Part shown: one piece after another, positions 1 to 9,903 of the stretch
Layout: every line of letters starts with the position of its first letter
Position numbering within the stretch: position 1 is the stretch's first letter
Virus record (IMG/VR): IMGVR_UViG_3300033074_000233
Span: 96,001-160,000 of that record
DNA length: 64,000 nucleotides
Direction: 5' to 3' (one strand)
Source: a virus
Lineage: Duplodnaviria > Caudoviricetes
Notes under the pieces: generated by a model
What the model was told of the DNA's origin: nothing
The model's database searches: none
What the model saw: only the letters and a program-made list of their open reading frames with translations
Translations under genes and position numbers: made by a program

Positions 1-237
1 CCAAGGTATCCAAGACCTTAGCGGCTCCAGCCACAGATAAGCAGCGCAAACTACTCCAACTTCGGAAGAAGAAAGAACAGTTGCGCGAAAAGAAGAATGA
101 CATGGCCACACGTATGGCTCATGAGTTGCATGGCATTAATGGCGAGATTCTCAAGATTAAGCACGGCAATAAGCCTAAGCCTAAAAAGAGAAAGCCTGCA
201 AAGGACAAGCCAAAGTCCTATATAGGAGCAAAATAAC

Positions 238-1206
238 ATGAAACACATTGAGACCGCTGTCACGAAACGCCTGTCTAGCGCCAAGAAAAAGGAACTAGAA
301 ACCCTGAACGAACAGCTGGACACGCTGATGGAGGCGTCTCGGCGTGTTACTTCAATGCCGAAGAAAGCCGAGATGAAGGCCCAAATCCAGAGCCTTAAGG
401 ATCGAATGCGGCACCTGAAAGAGCAGTCTGCCGTAGGTCCAGCTAAGTTTTACCCAAGTCCGAGTAAAAAAATGTCTGATAGGCTAAACGCTCTATTAGG
501 AGAACTCAAGGAATTAGAGTCGAAGAAATCCCTCCTCAATAAGGCCAGGGCCAAAGCCAAAAGTAAGTCTGACAAGAAGTCTCTATTAGAAGAAAGCGAT
601 GACCTATACGACAAGATTCTCTTAAAAAAGAACGAAATAAATAAACTGAATAGGAAACTTTCAGGTGAGGAGGTATTTCGGGGTGGACAGCTCCACGTAC
701 AAATAAAGGAACTGAGGCGTGGTGCTAAGGCTTCCGTACAGACAGCCGGCGCTTGGCCGAAGGATTTCTTCACGGCTCTGTGCAAAGCCTCCAAGACCGC
801 TGAGGATGATGACGGCTCATTCACTGAAAAGAAAGCCTCAGCATCAACGCGTGGCCACTATGATGGTGCGGCTGTAGATCAGGGTACGTTTGCCACTCGT
901 TGGCTTCCTATACTCAAGACAAATCGTAACCTGATTAAGCACGATATATCGGTTGAGGTTCTTCACCCAACAAAGCCAGACAAATCGTTTGGTGACATTG
1001 ATCGCCAGACCGAGCACGTACACCTGATTCACGGTTTCTGCCTCAAGGCTTGCAAGCCGTTAAAGATCAAGGTAGCGAAGACCTCAAAGGAATTTCTTGC
1101 ACTAGCAAAGCAACAAAAGCCTGTAATAATTGTCATTCCTCATCCGCACCACGGATTCGAGATTCTAATGTCGCAAGAGGCTGACAAACAAGCATGGACT
1201 AAATAG
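238..1206 (+). CDS. Lys-rich hypothetical protein with MKHIETA N-terminal motif (putative virion internal protein)
   Basis: 322-aa ORF, AGGAG upstream; N-terminus shared with ORFs at 2013, 5056 and 6652. Confidence 0.6.
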   Translation: MKHIETAVTKRLSSAKKKELETLNEQLDTLMEASRRVTSMPKKAEMKAQIQSLKDRMRHLKEQSAVGPAKFYPSPSKKMSDRLNALLGELKELESKKSLLNKARAKAKSKSDKKSLLEESDDLYDKILLKKNEINKLNRKLSGEEVFRGGQLHVQIKELRRGAKASVQTAGAWPKDFFTALCKASKTAEDDDGSFTEKKASASTRGHYDGAAVDQGTFATRWLPILKTNRNLIKHDISVEVLHPTKPDKSFGDIDRQTEHVHLIHGFCLKACKPLKIKVAKTSKEFLALAKQQKPVIIVIPHPHHGFEILMSQEADKQAWTK

Positions 1207-1240
1207 AAAGTCCATTGCGAAATCTACTAAGGAGAACGCC

Positions 1241-2026
1241 ATGGTCAGGAAGAAAATTGAGCCCGACATAGAAAGGAGACCAGTATCCTCTGTCAAAGAT
1301 AAACTGATAGAGGCCTTTCTTCTGGTTACCTTTATTGGGCTAATAGTAACTGTGATACTGTTCCTTACGGTGTCTAACGTCCGTGCCTCAGAATTACCTT
1401 TCATTCCAGATAGAGCCAAGCAGTACCTGCCGAGCGTCATTAAGGCTATTGACGTAATGAAGTTCCCTAAGGAATATCACGAATCAATAGCAGGTCAGAT
1501 AGAACAGGAAACCTGCTACAGTCTCAAGCATAAGAAGTGCTGGAATCCCAACACGGAGTTGAAGACCTCACGTGAATATGGCTTCGGTCTTGGTCAGTTA
1601 ACCATTACGTCCAAGTTCAATGGCTTTCAGGAAGTAACCCAGTACAAAGAACTAAAAGAATGGAAGTGGGAAGATCGCTATAATCCTGAATTGCAGATAC
1701 GTGCCATTCTTCTTAAGGACCGTATTGCCTACAACGCAATTAAATGGCCTGTAGTAAACGAGTACGAAAAACTAGCCATGGCCTATGCAGCCTATAATGG
1801 TGGCGTTGGTGGACTGCTTTCGGATCGTAAACTTACCCAGTTGAACAACGGCGACACAAGTAAATGGTTTGGCGGTATCGAGTTGTACAGCAAGAAGTCC
1901 AAGGTACCTCATCCTGAGTATAAGGTATCCTTCTTCGACATTAACCGTTCCTATCCAAAGAACATCCTAACGGTCAGGATGATGAAGTACAAGCCTTGGA
2001 TGGAGAAAATTCGTGAAACACATTGA
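1241..2026 (+). CDS. SLT-family lytic transglycosylase with N-terminal TM helix (putative membrane-tethered endolysin)
   Basis: QIEQET catalytic Glu motif, GLGQLT, AYAAYNGG; hydrophobic segment at about aa 24-44; AAGGAG RBS. Confidence 0.8.
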   Translation: MVRKKIEPDIERRPVSSVKDKLIEAFLLVTFIGLIVTVILFLTVSNVRASELPFIPDRAKQYLPSVIKAIDVMKFPKEYHESIAGQIEQETCYSLKHKKCWNPNTELKTSREYGFGLGQLTITSKFNGFQEVTQYKELKEWKWEDRYNPELQIRAILLKDRIAYNAIKWPVVNEYEKLAMAYAAYNGGVGGLLSDRKLTQLNNGDTSKWFGGIELYSKKSKVPHPEYKVSFFDINRSYPKNILTVRMMKYKPWMEKIRETH

Positions 2027-2495
2027 GCAGGCGGCCTTATCCAGAATAGCCGCAAAGAAACTCGTAGATCGCCTCAATAATCTGGCTGCAGCCGCACGTA
2101 AAAAGAAAGGTAAGCGTATCCTTTCCTACGGCGACTGTGGCCAGTTTGCGTATGCGCTGTGCAAATATCTCAAGGACCCGAAAGCCAAACTGGGTCTTAT
2201 TTGCAGCATAACGGACGCTGAGGATATTCGGGAACTAGACGACTACGAGCCGTCAGTGTATCACATCTACGTTGAATATGAGGGCATGCTGTTTGATGGC
2301 AACGGCCTCACCGACATGGATGAGATATATGGCTTAATGGAAGGATCAGGTGTCGAGGACGACATTCAGGAATGGGAAGATATTGAAGTAGATGAGAAGG
2401 CCCGTCAACTTATATCTGGTTCAACCAATTGGAAAAACGAATGGACTGTTTACTACAAAATCTTCGAGGCTGCAGAAAAGGTAAAGAAGAAATGA
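2013..2495 (+). CDS. Hypothetical protein with MKHIEQA motif
   Basis: GTG start, GGAG RBS, shared N-terminal motif. Confidence 0.6.
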   Translation: MKHIEQAALSRIAAKKLVDRLNNLAAAARKKKGKRILSYGDCGQFAYALCKYLKDPKAKLGLICSITDAEDIRELDDYEPSVYHIYVEYEGMLFDGNGLTDMDEIYGLMEGSGVEDDIQEWEDIEVDEKARQLISGSTNWKNEWTVYYKIFEAAEKVKKK

Positions 2496-2737
2496 AGAAC
2501 CTAACTTCTACTAAAATGGTTCACCCTGCAGACCACATGGAAATGCAGCAACTTCTAGGTAAGGTGTTACACGGAGTTGACGCGGAAACGGAAGTATTGC
2601 GCGATATTCTAGTTGCGCTTAGTAGAACACCTCCAAAGGTAGATATTGCAAAATCGCTGATTGACCAGTCCATCAGTTCCCTAACGGGTCTAACGTACAA
2701 GGCTAAAATAGCGAAGAAACAAATCGAATCTCGCTAA
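2492..2737 (+). CDS. Hypothetical protein
   Basis: ATG overlapping the upstream stop (ATGA). Confidence 0.5.
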   Translation: MKNLTSTKMVHPADHMEMQQLLGKVLHGVDAETEVLRDILVALSRTPPKVDIAKSLIDQSISSLTGLTYKAKIAKKQIESR

Positions 2738-2780
2738 TTTAATCTCGTGCAGGGCCCTGCACATAATCAGGAGAAATACC

Positions 2781-3146
2781 ATGTCGTTCACTGTAAGAAA
2801 CCTCACTGCAAATGCTGTTGCTGTTGGCAAATTGACCATTCCGGGTAACCAGTCTGCAACCGTTGATTTCATCGACGCTGCAATCGTTGCTGGTGTTAGT
2901 GGTGGCTACCTGTCGGTTACTGGTCAAAGTGCCACTTCGCTGGCTGGTACCAACGTCGCACTCGTTGACAGCACCACAGGTGTAGCCTCTGTTACGAACA
3001 CTCTGGTTGACGTTACGGTTGCTCCCACACAGGCTACCATCAACGCTAACTTTGCTACGCTGGCTGCGCTGATTAACCAACTTAGCGTTCAGGTAAACAA
3101 CAGCAATGCTCTTGTTGCTGCACTGAATGCCCGCATCAACGAGTAA
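2781..3146 (+). CDS. Small virion protein (head fibre/decoration-like)
   Basis: AGGAG RBS; A/T/V/N-rich with a C-terminal coiled coil (NFATLAALINQL). Confidence 0.5.
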   Translation: MSFTVRNLTANAVAVGKLTIPGNQSATVDFIDAAIVAGVSGGYLSVTGQSATSLAGTNVALVDSTTGVASVTNTLVDVTVAPTQATINANFATLAALINQLSVQVNNSNALVAALNARINE

Positions 3147-3202
3147 TTAACCAGTGACTGGGGATTAAGGATGATCCCTTTTCACCTAACAGGAGAATCA
3201 AA

Positions 3203-4483
3203 ATGTCTAGGTATGTTGTATTCAACAACACGCGCGAAGTATTTATATCCGATAATTTTCGTATTCCTCCGGGTAACTACCTAACCTTTGAGGTTCTACC
3301 TGCTTCTATAGAAAGAACCAATCTTCTTTCGGTGACTCATTTAGTCACCAATCCAATTCTGTCCGCTATACTGGCAGCAGATGGCGTTACTCTAACGATA
3401 ACTTTTCAGCGTCCTATTACTTCTGTGGTCGATGCTGCCAGCGGATTCTCATATTCAGGCGGAACTATAGCCAGCGGAGTTCTGGATACTGGGACCATAG
3501 TGCTTACAGTACCTCTTACTTACGAAAATATTCCAGTAAGCATTGAATACAGTGGCGATACCGGAAGTTTGTATTCGAGCCTCGGTGCAGTAGACAGCAC
3601 AGGCTATTTTGTCATTGACAACCAGTCCGCAGTACCTGCTCCTCCAGTACTGGTATCTGCAATTATTCCTGTTGATGGCGATACCTTAGAGTTAACCTTC
3701 ACAGAGGATCTAACTGGTACCGCTGATCTTGGATTCGTTACCGACGTAGTGAACATAACTGGCGGTTCCATACTTAACAATGTTCTAACCCTAACTATAG
3801 ATACGGTATATCAAGATGATGCTGTTGGGGTCATTTCTTATGACTCCATCGTGGGCGATCTAACCGGCCTTGGTGGCGTAGTAGAATCTTTCTCGGACAT
3901 TGCAATTTCTAACCAATCAACACGCGGTCCTGGCGTGTTCGCGGTATGGAATGTCCTAGACTCCAACGATGGCATAGATGTCTCTGGTGGTGGTCTTACC
4001 GCATCTTTCAATAGAGTAGCCGGATGGGCAGCAATTCGGGCTAATGGCAGTGTAGCACCTACAGAGAAGAAATACTACAACGTCATTACAAGTCATGCAT
4101 CGGGTACCATTGTTGGTATCGGTACAGCCGCGGCCTCTATTGCGTACAACGGATTTGTAGGATCAGACACAGAGGGATTCGGTTGGTTTATAGCGGCTCC
4201 TTCTACTATATACACTGGTGGGGGTGGTTCAGCCTACGGGATTGCGGTAACTCCAGGACAGACGATCGGCGTGGCTATAAATAAAGTCGATGATGAACTT
4301 GAATTTTTCATCGACGGAGTAGGTCAAGGTACTATTGATATTTCAAGTCTTACCGCTGATAACATTTTCCCAATGATTTCACTTGAGGGAACAGGCCGAA
4401 CACTAACGGCCAACTTTGGTGGCTCTGCTTGGGGTACTTATCCTCCGCCCGTTGGCTTTACTGGAGTAACTGAAAATGCCTAA
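3203..4483 (+). CDS. Virion surface protein: two SwmB/Ig-like repeats plus a C-terminal SPRY/ConA-like domain
   Basis: Repeats PILSAILAADGVTLTITF and PVLVSAIIPVDGDTLELTF; SPRY-like GQTIGVAIN...LEFFIDG...IFPMIS...ANFG. Confidence 0.6.
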   Translation: MSRYVVFNNTREVFISDNFRIPPGNYLTFEVLPASIERTNLLSVTHLVTNPILSAILAADGVTLTITFQRPITSVVDAASGFSYSGGTIASGVLDTGTIVLTVPLTYENIPVSIEYSGDTGSLYSSLGAVDSTGYFVIDNQSAVPAPPVLVSAIIPVDGDTLELTFTEDLTGTADLGFVTDVVNITGGSILNNVLTLTIDTVYQDDAVGVISYDSIVGDLTGLGGVVESFSDIAISNQSTRGPGVFAVWNVLDSNDGIDVSGGGLTASFNRVAGWAAIRANGSVAPTEKKYYNVITSHASGTIVGIGTAAASIAYNGFVGSDTEGFGWFIAAPSTIYTGGGGSAYGIAVTPGQTIGVAINKVDDELEFFIDGVGQGTIDISSLTADNIFPMISLEGTGRTLTANFGGSAWGTYPPPVGFTGVTENA

Positions 4484-4712
4484 GGTAACCATGAAGTTTA
4501 ATGTTTTAGGTCCCACTGTAACTCAATCCGTAAAGTCAGGTGACGTTGTTACCTATGAACTTACTGAAGGTGTGCTCCTTAAAAAGGCTACCCTCAACGG
4601 AAGTCCGGTAACTGTTAATACGGCCTCGCCTATAACGCACTCAGGTGCAGTATGTAGGTACTGGCTTGAGAGAGTTGCTGAAGGCCCAGGCGAGTCTTGG
4701 TTTTCCGTGTAG
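4476..4712 (+). CDS. Hypothetical protein
   Basis: Coupled ORF with GGAG RBS. Confidence 0.5.
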   Translation: MPKVTMKFNVLGPTVTQSVKSGDVVTYELTEGVLLKKATLNGSPVTVNTASPITHSGAVCRYWLERVAEGPGESWFSV

Positions 4713-4732
4713 TTAGACTAAGGACACTAGGT

Positions 4733-5059
4733 ATGAAAGAGTGGGCGATCAAAAATGCTATTCCTATTGCCTGTGTCCTTGTGCTACTACTTGCAGGATA
4801 TTGGGCAATAGGAAAAGTCGATTCCATGCTGGAAACCCGTAACTCCGAATTACGGGGTCAGCTCAAGGCTGATATGGGCGAAGCGCAGGAAGCACTTAAA
4901 ACAGCCGTAGCGGATGCTGAGAAACATATCAAGGAAGCGAAAGCCGCAGAGAACAACGCGAACACTAATGCCGCGAACGGCAAGGGTAAGACTGATGCCG
5001 CAGCGAAAAAGAAACTGGCCGATATGGTCAACGAATGGAACACAGGAGCGACACCATGA
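4733..5059 (+). CDS. Putative inner-membrane spanin (Rz-like)
   Basis: N-terminal TM helix then Ala/Lys coiled coil; near the endolysin and a lipoprotein gene. Confidence 0.55.
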   Translation: MKEWAIKNAIPIACVLVLLLAGYWAIGKVDSMLETRNSELRGQLKADMGEAQEALKTAVADAEKHIKEAKAAENNANTNAANGKGKTDAAAKKKLADMVNEWNTGATP

Positions 5060-5379
5060 AACACATTGAAACGGCAATAGCAAAGCGTTTGGAAAAGGCA
5101 ACCCCAAAGAGGTCACGAGTACAAGTAATACTTACCAACGGCGTGTCCTTTGAGAACGCGGTTGAAAAAGCTTTATCCTCTGTTCTTATTAGTAAGAACT
5201 ACGAAAAGATTATGGGGCATCGGGTCGTTACTTATTACTTGGACAAGACGCTTTCTGAAAAGAAACTAGAAACTCTAGCCTCGAAAATATCCTCCAAGAT
5301 AGGGGCAAACCACAAGAGCCAACATAGTCTTACAGCCGAGACCGCTGATCGTGTAGTTTTCAATTCGGCCTCGTTGTAA
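5056..5379 (+). CDS. Hypothetical protein with MKHIETA motif
   Basis: AGGAG RBS before ATG 5056; shared motif. Confidence 0.6.
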   Translation: MKHIETAIAKRLEKATPKRSRVQVILTNGVSFENAVEKALSSVLISKNYEKIMGHRVVTYYLDKTLSEKKLETLASKISSKIGANHKSQHSLTAETADRVVFNSASL

Positions 5380-5412
5380 TTAAACAAGGTCCCAAGTAAG
5401 CAGAGGTTATCC

Positions 5413-5904
5413 ATGAGGTATTTACTGCTAGCCTCACTCGTTCTCCTGACAGGCTGCTCTACGTTCCAGTTTCCTAAGTTAGCCGATCCGAGTTTCGATA
5501 CGTCGGACTTACTTGCCAAGCAGCAGCCGTTAGAAGCGTACACCGTACCTGAGCCTGCTACGTTGTCTTCCTATCCAAAGGTCAAGGTAATAGAGGGCCA
5601 GACGAAAGTGTACGCCTGCTTCGAGGAGGAAGGCTTCCGTGACATTGTACGCATTCGTGGCTACAACGAAACGAACGTGCAGGAGGTGAAAGACCTGCAG
5701 GCTGTAATTGACGCGCGTACAAACGTCGCCAATGACTGGCTCAAAGCAGCCCAAGCCTCCGAGAGAGAGGCGAACGGTTTGAAGCAACTGAAGGCCGTAG
5801 ACGCCTCGGATGCAGCAAGAGAAAAACGCGAACTGACCAAAACATTGTGGCGTGATCGCATCATAGGTGCGGCCGCTATTGTCCTACTGATTCTGGCCCC
5901 GTAA
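5413..5904 (+). CDS. Lipoprotein, putative outer-membrane or unimolecular spanin
   Basis: Lipobox LLTGC; coiled coil; hydrophobic C-terminus IIGAAAIVLLILAP. Confidence 0.6.
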   Translation: MRYLLLASLVLLTGCSTFQFPKLADPSFDTSDLLAKQQPLEAYTVPEPATLSSYPKVKVIEGQTKVYACFEEEGFRDIVRIRGYNETNVQEVKDLQAVIDARTNVANDWLKAAQASEREANGLKQLKAVDASDAAREKRELTKTLWRDRIIGAAAIVLLILAP

Positions 5905-5914
5905 GGAGATAGTC

Positions 5915-6643
5915 ATGTCCAAGGTACTTACCCGCACATCACTCGGTTTTACCCATAACTATGCACTGGACATCGTGAACGCTGTTCCTGAGTATTTCAC
6001 GGGCAACTTCGATGGCGTCGCTTATACGACAGGTATCACGGGTCAAATTGATGGCACGATTCCGACTGCTGTTGTGAACGGAGCCTACTACATTTGCACC
6101 CGCGCAGGCTCTACGCCTTTGGTTAGCCCAGTTGTATTCCAACTCGGCCATATCTACAAGGGCAATGGAGGTGAATGGGTAGATCAAGGTATTGCCGATC
6201 AAACCCGCATGGTTCCTACGCTAGCACTTACTGGCAAAGACATTGCCTTTGAAAGTGGCATCGAATACACCTATACGAAAGAAGCGGGTGACAAGTTCCA
6301 CACGATGCAAAACGTCGTGTATAACTACGGCAAAGGTACTTGGAGAATTTCTGGCTCAAGCACTGCTGCTACGCCGACCTCTTACCAAGAGGCCTCAAGT
6401 TCTCCAATGCGCTACGGCGTAGGCACGTACAACGCACAGGCCACACGCGCTGCCGGCACCATCACACTGTCTTACACGGTTGACAGCGTAGAGCAATTCC
6501 GTCAGGACCCAAGAACAGTTACTTGGAAGGCCCTCACTGCACTTAACGGTGGTGATGTTGCTACTCTTTCTTCGCCTGTTACAGCATTCCGAACCGTATT
6601 TAGTGACACTACTCCCGGTCTTCTCGCAATCGTATTGAACTGA
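5915..6643 (+). CDS. Putative virion structural protein
   Basis: AAGGAG RBS; T/G/A-rich beta-type composition in a structural neighbourhood. Confidence 0.45.
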   Translation: MSKVLTRTSLGFTHNYALDIVNAVPEYFTGNFDGVAYTTGITGQIDGTIPTAVVNGAYYICTRAGSTPLVSPVVFQLGHIYKGNGGEWVDQGIADQTRMVPTLALTGKDIAFESGIEYTYTKEAGDKFHTMQNVVYNYGKGTWRISGSSTAATPTSYQEASSSPMRYGVGTYNAQATRAAGTITLSYTVDSVEQFRQDPRTVTWKALTALNGGDVATLSSPVTAFRTVFSDTTPGLLAIVLN

Positions 6644-6651
6644 GGTTGCCA

Positions 6652-7764
6652 ATGAAGCACATTGAGACTGCGGTGCTTGCGAGGCTTGAAGTCGCGTTTG
6701 CACCCGCAAAGAAAGCGGATAAGCCAAAGCCTAAGTATGGCTCAGATAAGTGGTGGAAGTCTCTGAGCAAGAATGAACAGAAGCAGTATCTCAAGGAGCA
6801 CCCGAAGTCAAAGTATAACCCAGCCAATAAGTTGAAGAAATCCAAGAACAAACTGGTTAAGAAGAAAAAGCCTCTTATTCCAGGTGTTGTTCCAGGTAAA
6901 GGCAAGCCACACACTGAGCATCAAATCCGAATGGATGAAAAGCGGAAGATGCGTCAGGCCCAATTACGCAAGGACAAAGAGCGTAAGAAGAAAGAAGCGA
7001 AGAAGAAAGACGAACTCCGCAAGAAGGCTGAGAAACGTGCTCAGGATGAGAAGAAGGCAAAGAAGAAAGAGAAACAGCCTAAGTTGACTGAGGCCCAGAA
7101 GAAGGCTAAACAGGAAGAAGAACGCTTGGCTGAGCAGTACAAGAATACCAAGAAGCCTGAGGACTTTGAGGCCCTTGAGGAACATAAGACAGCCTCACGT
7201 ACTGCCAAGTTTATTGATTGGTATGAGGAAACCGTCAACAAGGCTGTTGACAAGATAAAGCGTGGTACCCTTGAACGCATCGGCAACGTGATTGGCGCTG
7301 ACCTGGAAGACATGCTGGTGGCCAAAGATAGTCATAGGCCTCCCTCCGTTAGGCTGTACGAAGCCCTTAATAAGGCAATCGAGCGTAACGAAGCTGAACT
7401 CGACCAGATCAATGAGAAAATTGCTAAGGCTAAGGATCAACTCAAAATTGCTAAGGGCAAGAAGGATAAGGCAAAGAATCCAGATAGCATAGATGGATGG
7501 AATCAGAAGATTGTAAGCACCAAAGAACTTCTTGGCCGCTTGGGTGTGCAGCGTAAGATATTGATGAAAAAAGTAGAGGAGGGTCACAAGCAGCGCGATC
7601 CACTTAAGGCACGTGCTGATCGTTACCACATCAAGGAAGGTGAGGAAAGAGAGAAGGTTCGTGATCTTAGGTCACTTGGTATAAAGACAGGCCGGGCCAA
7701 GAAGGGTGGGAAAACAAAACCCACCAAGCCTAAGTTGCACAAACTGAAACGCGCTAAACGCTAA
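6652..7764 (+). CDS. Very basic coiled-coil protein with MKHIETA motif
   Basis: GAGG RBS; Lys-rich; WWKSLSKNEQKQYLKEHPKS motif. Confidence 0.6.
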   Translation: MKHIETAVLARLEVAFAPAKKADKPKPKYGSDKWWKSLSKNEQKQYLKEHPKSKYNPANKLKKSKNKLVKKKKPLIPGVVPGKGKPHTEHQIRMDEKRKMRQAQLRKDKERKKKEAKKKDELRKKAEKRAQDEKKAKKKEKQPKLTEAQKKAKQEEERLAEQYKNTKKPEDFEALEEHKTASRTAKFIDWYEETVNKAVDKIKRGTLERIGNVIGADLEDMLVAKDSHRPPSVRLYEALNKAIERNEAELDQINEKIAKAKDQLKIAKGKKDKAKNPDSIDGWNQKIVSTKELLGRLGVQRKILMKKVEEGHKQRDPLKARADRYHIKEGEEREKVRDLRSLGIKTGRAKKGGKTKPTKPKLHKLKRAKR

Positions 7765-8759
7765 AACGATTTGGCTAGTTCTTTAAGGATGTGAGAAGGG
7801 CAGTTTCCTGGGTCGAGATTCTCGTCCAGGGGACCGCCCTTTTTCTTTTCCATCTGACGTTGGATTTCAAGCAACTTAACCAGTTGCCTAGTGATGCGAC
7901 CTTTAAGGTCCTTCATGATCTTGTTACTTGCACTAATACCTGCTTTATCCGCATCCATCATAACGACTACCTTGTCCACAGGCAGAGACAGAACGAGGTT
8001 GCGCTTGTTTACACTCCAGTTACCTGTACCAAGAATGGCTAACGCTGGGATTCCCTTGCGTATCAGACGCAGTGCGTCACGCTGTCCCTCAACAAGGACA
8101 ACGTACTTCAAGCCTCTACGGCGTATCATACGCTCAACGAGGTCATACGGAAACAAACCCTTTTCCTTGATCCATTCACCTTTAAGGTTAGTGTATGACA
8201 GAACCTTCTTGGACGTTGGCTTTGTCCACGTGGCCTTAACTGCACCGACAATCTCATGCTCTACGATGATCGGGATAATCAGGCACTTGTTGTCGAAACG
8301 GTCTACGGCAACAGTGCATCCAATCTTGCGTAACAGTTTGCCTGGCACACTACGCCACGTTTCGTCCTCATCAATCGGCAGAGAGAGCAGAACGTCAAAC
8401 TCCCGCTCAATATCTTCCATGCTTATAGAGCCTGTTCCCAACAACTGGGTTTTCAGTTGCTTGTTCAACGGGTACATGCGCTCTTGCACAGCCGTACCAT
8501 CAGTAGCGCGCACGGCTATCTTGCCGAGGCCTAGTTTCTCGGCAATCTCATTCCAACTGGCATTCTTCTTGGGACACGTTTCACTAAAGCAGTGACCGAA
8601 CCCAATCGGAACGCGCCGATTAGTCTCGTCGATGTTGACGTAGAAACTCGGCGATTTCTCTTGGTGGAAAGGACAGCAAATTGCAATGCTGCTGGCCATG
8701 ACCCTTTTTAATGACAGCCTCATCAATTCGGCTACAACAAAATCTTTGGTGCTGCTCAT
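7761..8759 (-). CDS. DNA primase (CHC2 zinc finger plus TOPRIM)
   Basis: CPFHQEKSPSF...CFSETC; LVEGQRDA; MDAD. Confidence 0.9.
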   Translation of the reverse strand: MSSTKDFVVAELMRLSLKRVMASSIAICCPFHQEKSPSFYVNIDETNRRVPIGFGHCFSETCPKKNASWNEIAEKLGLGKIAVRATDGTAVQERMYPLNKQLKTQLLGTGSISMEDIEREFDVLLSLPIDEDETWRSVPGKLLRKIGCTVAVDRFDNKCLIIPIIVEHEIVGAVKATWTKPTSKKVLSYTNLKGEWIKEKGLFPYDLVERMIRRRGLKYVVLVEGQRDALRLIRKGIPALAILGTGNWSVNKRNLVLSLPVDKVVVMMDADKAGISASNKIMKDLKGRITRQLVKLLEIQRQMEKKKGGPLDENLDPGNCPSHILKELAKSF

Positions 8760-8785
8760 ACGATAAATCTCCGCTGTACCCTCTA

Positions 8786-8816
8786 TTTACAGAATCACAA
8801 ATCAATTCTGTAAAGT
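8786..8816. promoter_or_regulatory. Back-to-back pair of ATTCTGTAAA motifs (putative divergent phage promoters)
   Basis: TTTACAGAAT 8786-8795 and ATTCTGTAAA 8805-8814, between the divergent primase and nuclease genes. Confidence 0.6.
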
Positions 8817-8841
8817 GACTCGTTACCACAAAGGTGCACAA

Positions 8842-9891
8842 ATGGCAACGTCCAGCAAAACAAAAACCGTGACTAAATCATCCAAGTCCAAGGCAGCGCA
8901 TTCTTTCAAGGCGAAGGGAAAGGCTAAACATGCCGAGCGCATGGCCAAGTCTGATCCTATGGACTTCATTATCTCGGACCTGCGGTATTACATCGACCAG
9001 CAGACCAAGATCATCTACACGGACAAAGACCCAAACGAGAAGCCTTCGACACGGGAATCCGAACTGCACCCATCCTCATATCCGTACTGCGGACTACGGC
9101 ATGCCTATCGCCTTCTGTCTGGCATAAAGAAAGAGCCGTTAGACTTCTACGGTGAATACTACACCAGCCTCGGTACCATGAAGCATGAACTCATGCAGAA
9201 GTATCTAGGCCGAGGTAAGAAGATTCTAGGTGACTGGAAGTGCCTTGATTGTTCGCATCGCCTCAAACTCACGACGTATAAGAAGTGCCCCAAGTGCCAC
9301 TCCGTACGGGTCATGTACGAGGAAATTGGTATCAAGTTTGGTAAGTACACACACGGCCATATTGACGGTGTTGTGCAGATCAATGGCAAGTGGTATGTCA
9401 TTGACTACAAGACCACGTCCTCCAAGAAGAATGACCTGCACCGTAAGACAGGCAATGTGTACCCATACGGATACAACGTCGCTCAGATTTCCAGTTACGT
9501 GCCTTACCTCGAGGAATGCTACGACATAGAAATTGCAGGCTGGATTCTTATATACGTTACCCGTGACAGTTCCTTCCGTGACTACGTTATGGTCGGTGCT
9601 GAGATGGATAAGAAAGCCAAGAAAGCCAAACTGGAACAACTGATTCGCTATGATGAGCACTTTGGCAAGGTGATGAAACTGAAGGCCGATCTGCAACTCA
9701 AGTATTTCAAGCGTCTTGTACTGGAAAAGCCGTGCGAGTCCTTGGCACAGTACAAGAAGGAAATGCACAATTACGACTGGTGCGAGTTGGCTAAATCTGG
9801 TGCCTGCTTCGACGAAAGCAAGTTACGCATCGTTTTGGGCAATCTTGTAAATAAGGCGACAGGGAAACCTACCCTAATTGCCGAACTCTAA
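8842..9891 (+). CDS. Cas4-like PD-(D/E)XK exonuclease with inserted Zn ribbon
   Basis: HPSSYPYC, GHIDG, IDYKT, QISSY; C-terminal Cys cluster; internal CxxC...CxxC. Confidence 0.8.
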   Translation: MATSSKTKTVTKSSKSKAAHSFKAKGKAKHAERMAKSDPMDFIISDLRYYIDQQTKIIYTDKDPNEKPSTRESELHPSSYPYCGLRHAYRLLSGIKKEPLDFYGEYYTSLGTMKHELMQKYLGRGKKILGDWKCLDCSHRLKLTTYKKCPKCHSVRVMYEEIGIKFGKYTHGHIDGVVQINGKWYVIDYKTTSSKKNDLHRKTGNVYPYGYNVAQISSYVPYLEECYDIEIAGWILIYVTRDSSFRDYVMVGAEMDKKAKKAKLEQLIRYDEHFGKVMKLKADLQLKYFKRLVLEKPCESLAQYKKEMHNYDWCELAKSGACFDESKLRIVLGNLVNKATGKPTLIAEL

Positions 9892-9903
9892 AAGGAGAAA
9901 ACC

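Noticed and set aside
7891-8595. 234-aa plus-strand ORF
   Set aside because: Lies opposite the motif-supported primase
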